From Methylotenera sp. (GTDB taxonomy: Bacteria; Pseudomonadota; Gammaproteobacteria; Burkholderiales; Methylophilaceae), in the NCBI GenBank assembly GCA_027487055.1, contig JAIYEJ010000239.1:1-37545 (forward strand): a stretch of 37,545 nt of DNA, given 5' to 3'. The notes under the pieces are model-generated. The model ran no database searches, was not told the DNA's origin, and saw only the letters and a list, made by a program, of their open reading frames with translations. The position numbers were made by a program, and so were the translations under genes. This document shows, piece by piece, positions 36,213 through 37,545 of this stretch. Numbering within the stretch: the stretch's first letter is position 1; each line of letters begins with the position of its first letter.

Positions 36213-37319
36213 TTAGCTTAAATGAGCTTGCATATGCTTACGATACCATAGATGAAAATGCTCCAAGCCTGCCTCAAGCGGCTGATTGTATGGCCCGCTT
36301 TGCTCTAAACCTTGCGTAAACAAGGCTTTGCGGCCATCGTGCATGCGTTGGCAAATTTCTTTATCTTCAACTGCAGTTTCTAAATAAGCAGCTTGTTGCG
36401 CGTTAACATATGCGCGCTCAAACAAAGCAATGTCTTCAGGGTAATAAAATTCAACCACATTGCTGCAAGTATCAACCCCTGTTGGAATTAAGTGTGAAAC
36501 CACCAACACATTGGGGTACCACTCAATCATTAAAAAAGGGTAAAACACAAACCAAATCGCCCCATATTTTGGTGAAATGTTGCCGAAGTATTGCGTAATT
36601 GATTGCTGCCAATGTTCATACGTGGGCGATAAATGTTGCTCTGGCATGGGTTTGTAACCCACGGTTTGCACGCTAAAATGGTTGCCAAATTGCCAGTTTA
36701 ATTTGTCACAATCGACTACTTGATTAAGTCCAGGGTGAAATGGCGCGACGTGATAATCCTCTAAATAAACTTCAATAAAGGTTTTCCAGTTAAAGTTGTA
36801 ATGCTCAACCATGGCTTTATCAAAATGGAACTGCGTAAAGTCAAAATCTTGCTTACAGACAATCGATTCAAGCTCGACAGTAATATTGCGTGTTGCTTCA
36901 AATAATAAGCCATTCCAATTGATCAGTGGTGCTTTATCTAAGTTTAAGCATGGGTTTTCGTCAAAACGCGGTGCGCCAAGTAGTTTGCCGTTTAAATCGT
37001 AAGTCCAACGATGGAGTGGACATACAATGTTTTGCGCGTTGCCATGGCCTTTTAACATAATGCCTTGGCGATGCCTACACACATTACCTAAAAGCGAAAT
37101 CTCGCCATTTTGATTTACCAAGGCTTTCGCATTGCCCATCCAATCGAGTGCATAGAAGTCGCCAGAATTTGGCACCATGAGCGAATGCCCTACATATTTA
37201 GGTGCATTGGCAAAGAGATGTTGCTCAGCCGCATAAACTTGCGGGCAGAAATAACTATGAATAGGCAAGGCGGCTTGTGTTGCCTGATGACGTTGTGGGA
37301 TTGAAGTGACTGTAGACAT
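36213..37319 (-). CDS. Rieske non-heme iron oxygenase alpha subunit
   Basis: Rieske ligands NVCRHR and CPLHRW; NWKTFIEVYLEDYHVAPFHP and EDKEIC mononuclear-iron ligands. Confidence 0.9.
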   Translation of the reverse strand: MSTVTSIPQRHQATQAALPIHSYFCPQVYAAEQHLFANAPKYVGHSLMVPNSGDFYALDWMGNAKALVNQNGEISLLGNVCRHRQGIMLKGHGNAQNIVCPLHRWTYDLNGKLLGAPRFDENPCLNLDKAPLINWNGLLFEATRNITVELESIVCKQDFDFTQFHFDKAMVEHYNFNWKTFIEVYLEDYHVAPFHPGLNQVVDCDKLNWQFGNHFSVQTVGYKPMPEQHLSPTYEHWQQSITQYFGNISPKYGAIWFVFYPFLMIEWYPNVLVVSHLIPTGVDTCSNVVEFYYPEDIALFERAYVNAQQAAYLETAVEDKEICQRMHDGRKALFTQGLEQSGPYNQPLEAGLEHFHLWYRKHMQAHLS

Positions 37320-37360
37320 AAAAAACAAAGTAATTCTAAAACCAATAAGATTCTGAAAAA

Positions 37361-37387
37361 TTATTTTAGCTATAAAAGCTAAAATAA
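37361..37387. other. Perfect inverted repeat upstream of the Rieske gene
   Basis: TTATTTTAGCT-ataaa-AGCTAAAATAA. A second hairpin, ACTGGCCAA...TTGGCCAGT, lies at about 37458-37491. Confidence 0.45.
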
Positions 37388-37545
37388 AACTTTAGCACAG
37401 AATTTTAAAACGTCTAAACAGACATAAGAATTAATGTCATTTAATGGCTAAAAATGCACTGGCCAAATAGCTTACAAACTAATTGGCCAGTTAAATTATG
37501 AGAAGTAATATATGTAAATTTAAAATGCGAAACTAGTGTGACAAA

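Noticed and set aside
3685-37304. Many antisense or nested ORFs in the track (e.g. 3685-4230, 11899-12537, 28573-28914, 33184-33510)
   Set aside because: They overlap well-supported genes and show no independent coding signal.

Overview
AT-rich bacterial chromosomal window; the pcm-tolC-waaA order and the protein styles suggest a betaproteobacterium, possibly Methylophilaceae (inference). Left half: an EptA/MCR-type phosphoethanolamine transferase, a porin plus small periplasmic-binding-like pair divergent from a sensor kinase and sigma54 regulator, a TetR-associated DUF2147/DUF2269/SDR/RND operon, pcm-tolC, waaA, and a split class II ribonucleotide reductase (nrdJa/nrdJb) with NrdR boxes and an unannotated 40-aa ORF between the halves. 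Right half: a sigma54-driven Sel1-repeat gene, a STAS protein, a His-rich secreted repeat protein, ycaO, ybbP/ybbA/tesA, a bestrophin, a phytoene-desaturase-like oxidoreductase with a TetR, KTSC and a Rieske oxygenase. The most striking unexplained signal is five co-oriented ~75-95 bp intergenic repeats (22.4-32.5 kb). They have conserved flanks, imperfect inverted arms and a 10-11 bp asymmetric core that occurs in both orientations, and two pairs bracket accessory genes. No rRNA, tRNA, CRISPR array, transposase or integrase was seen. All family assignments are from motif recognition, not database searches.
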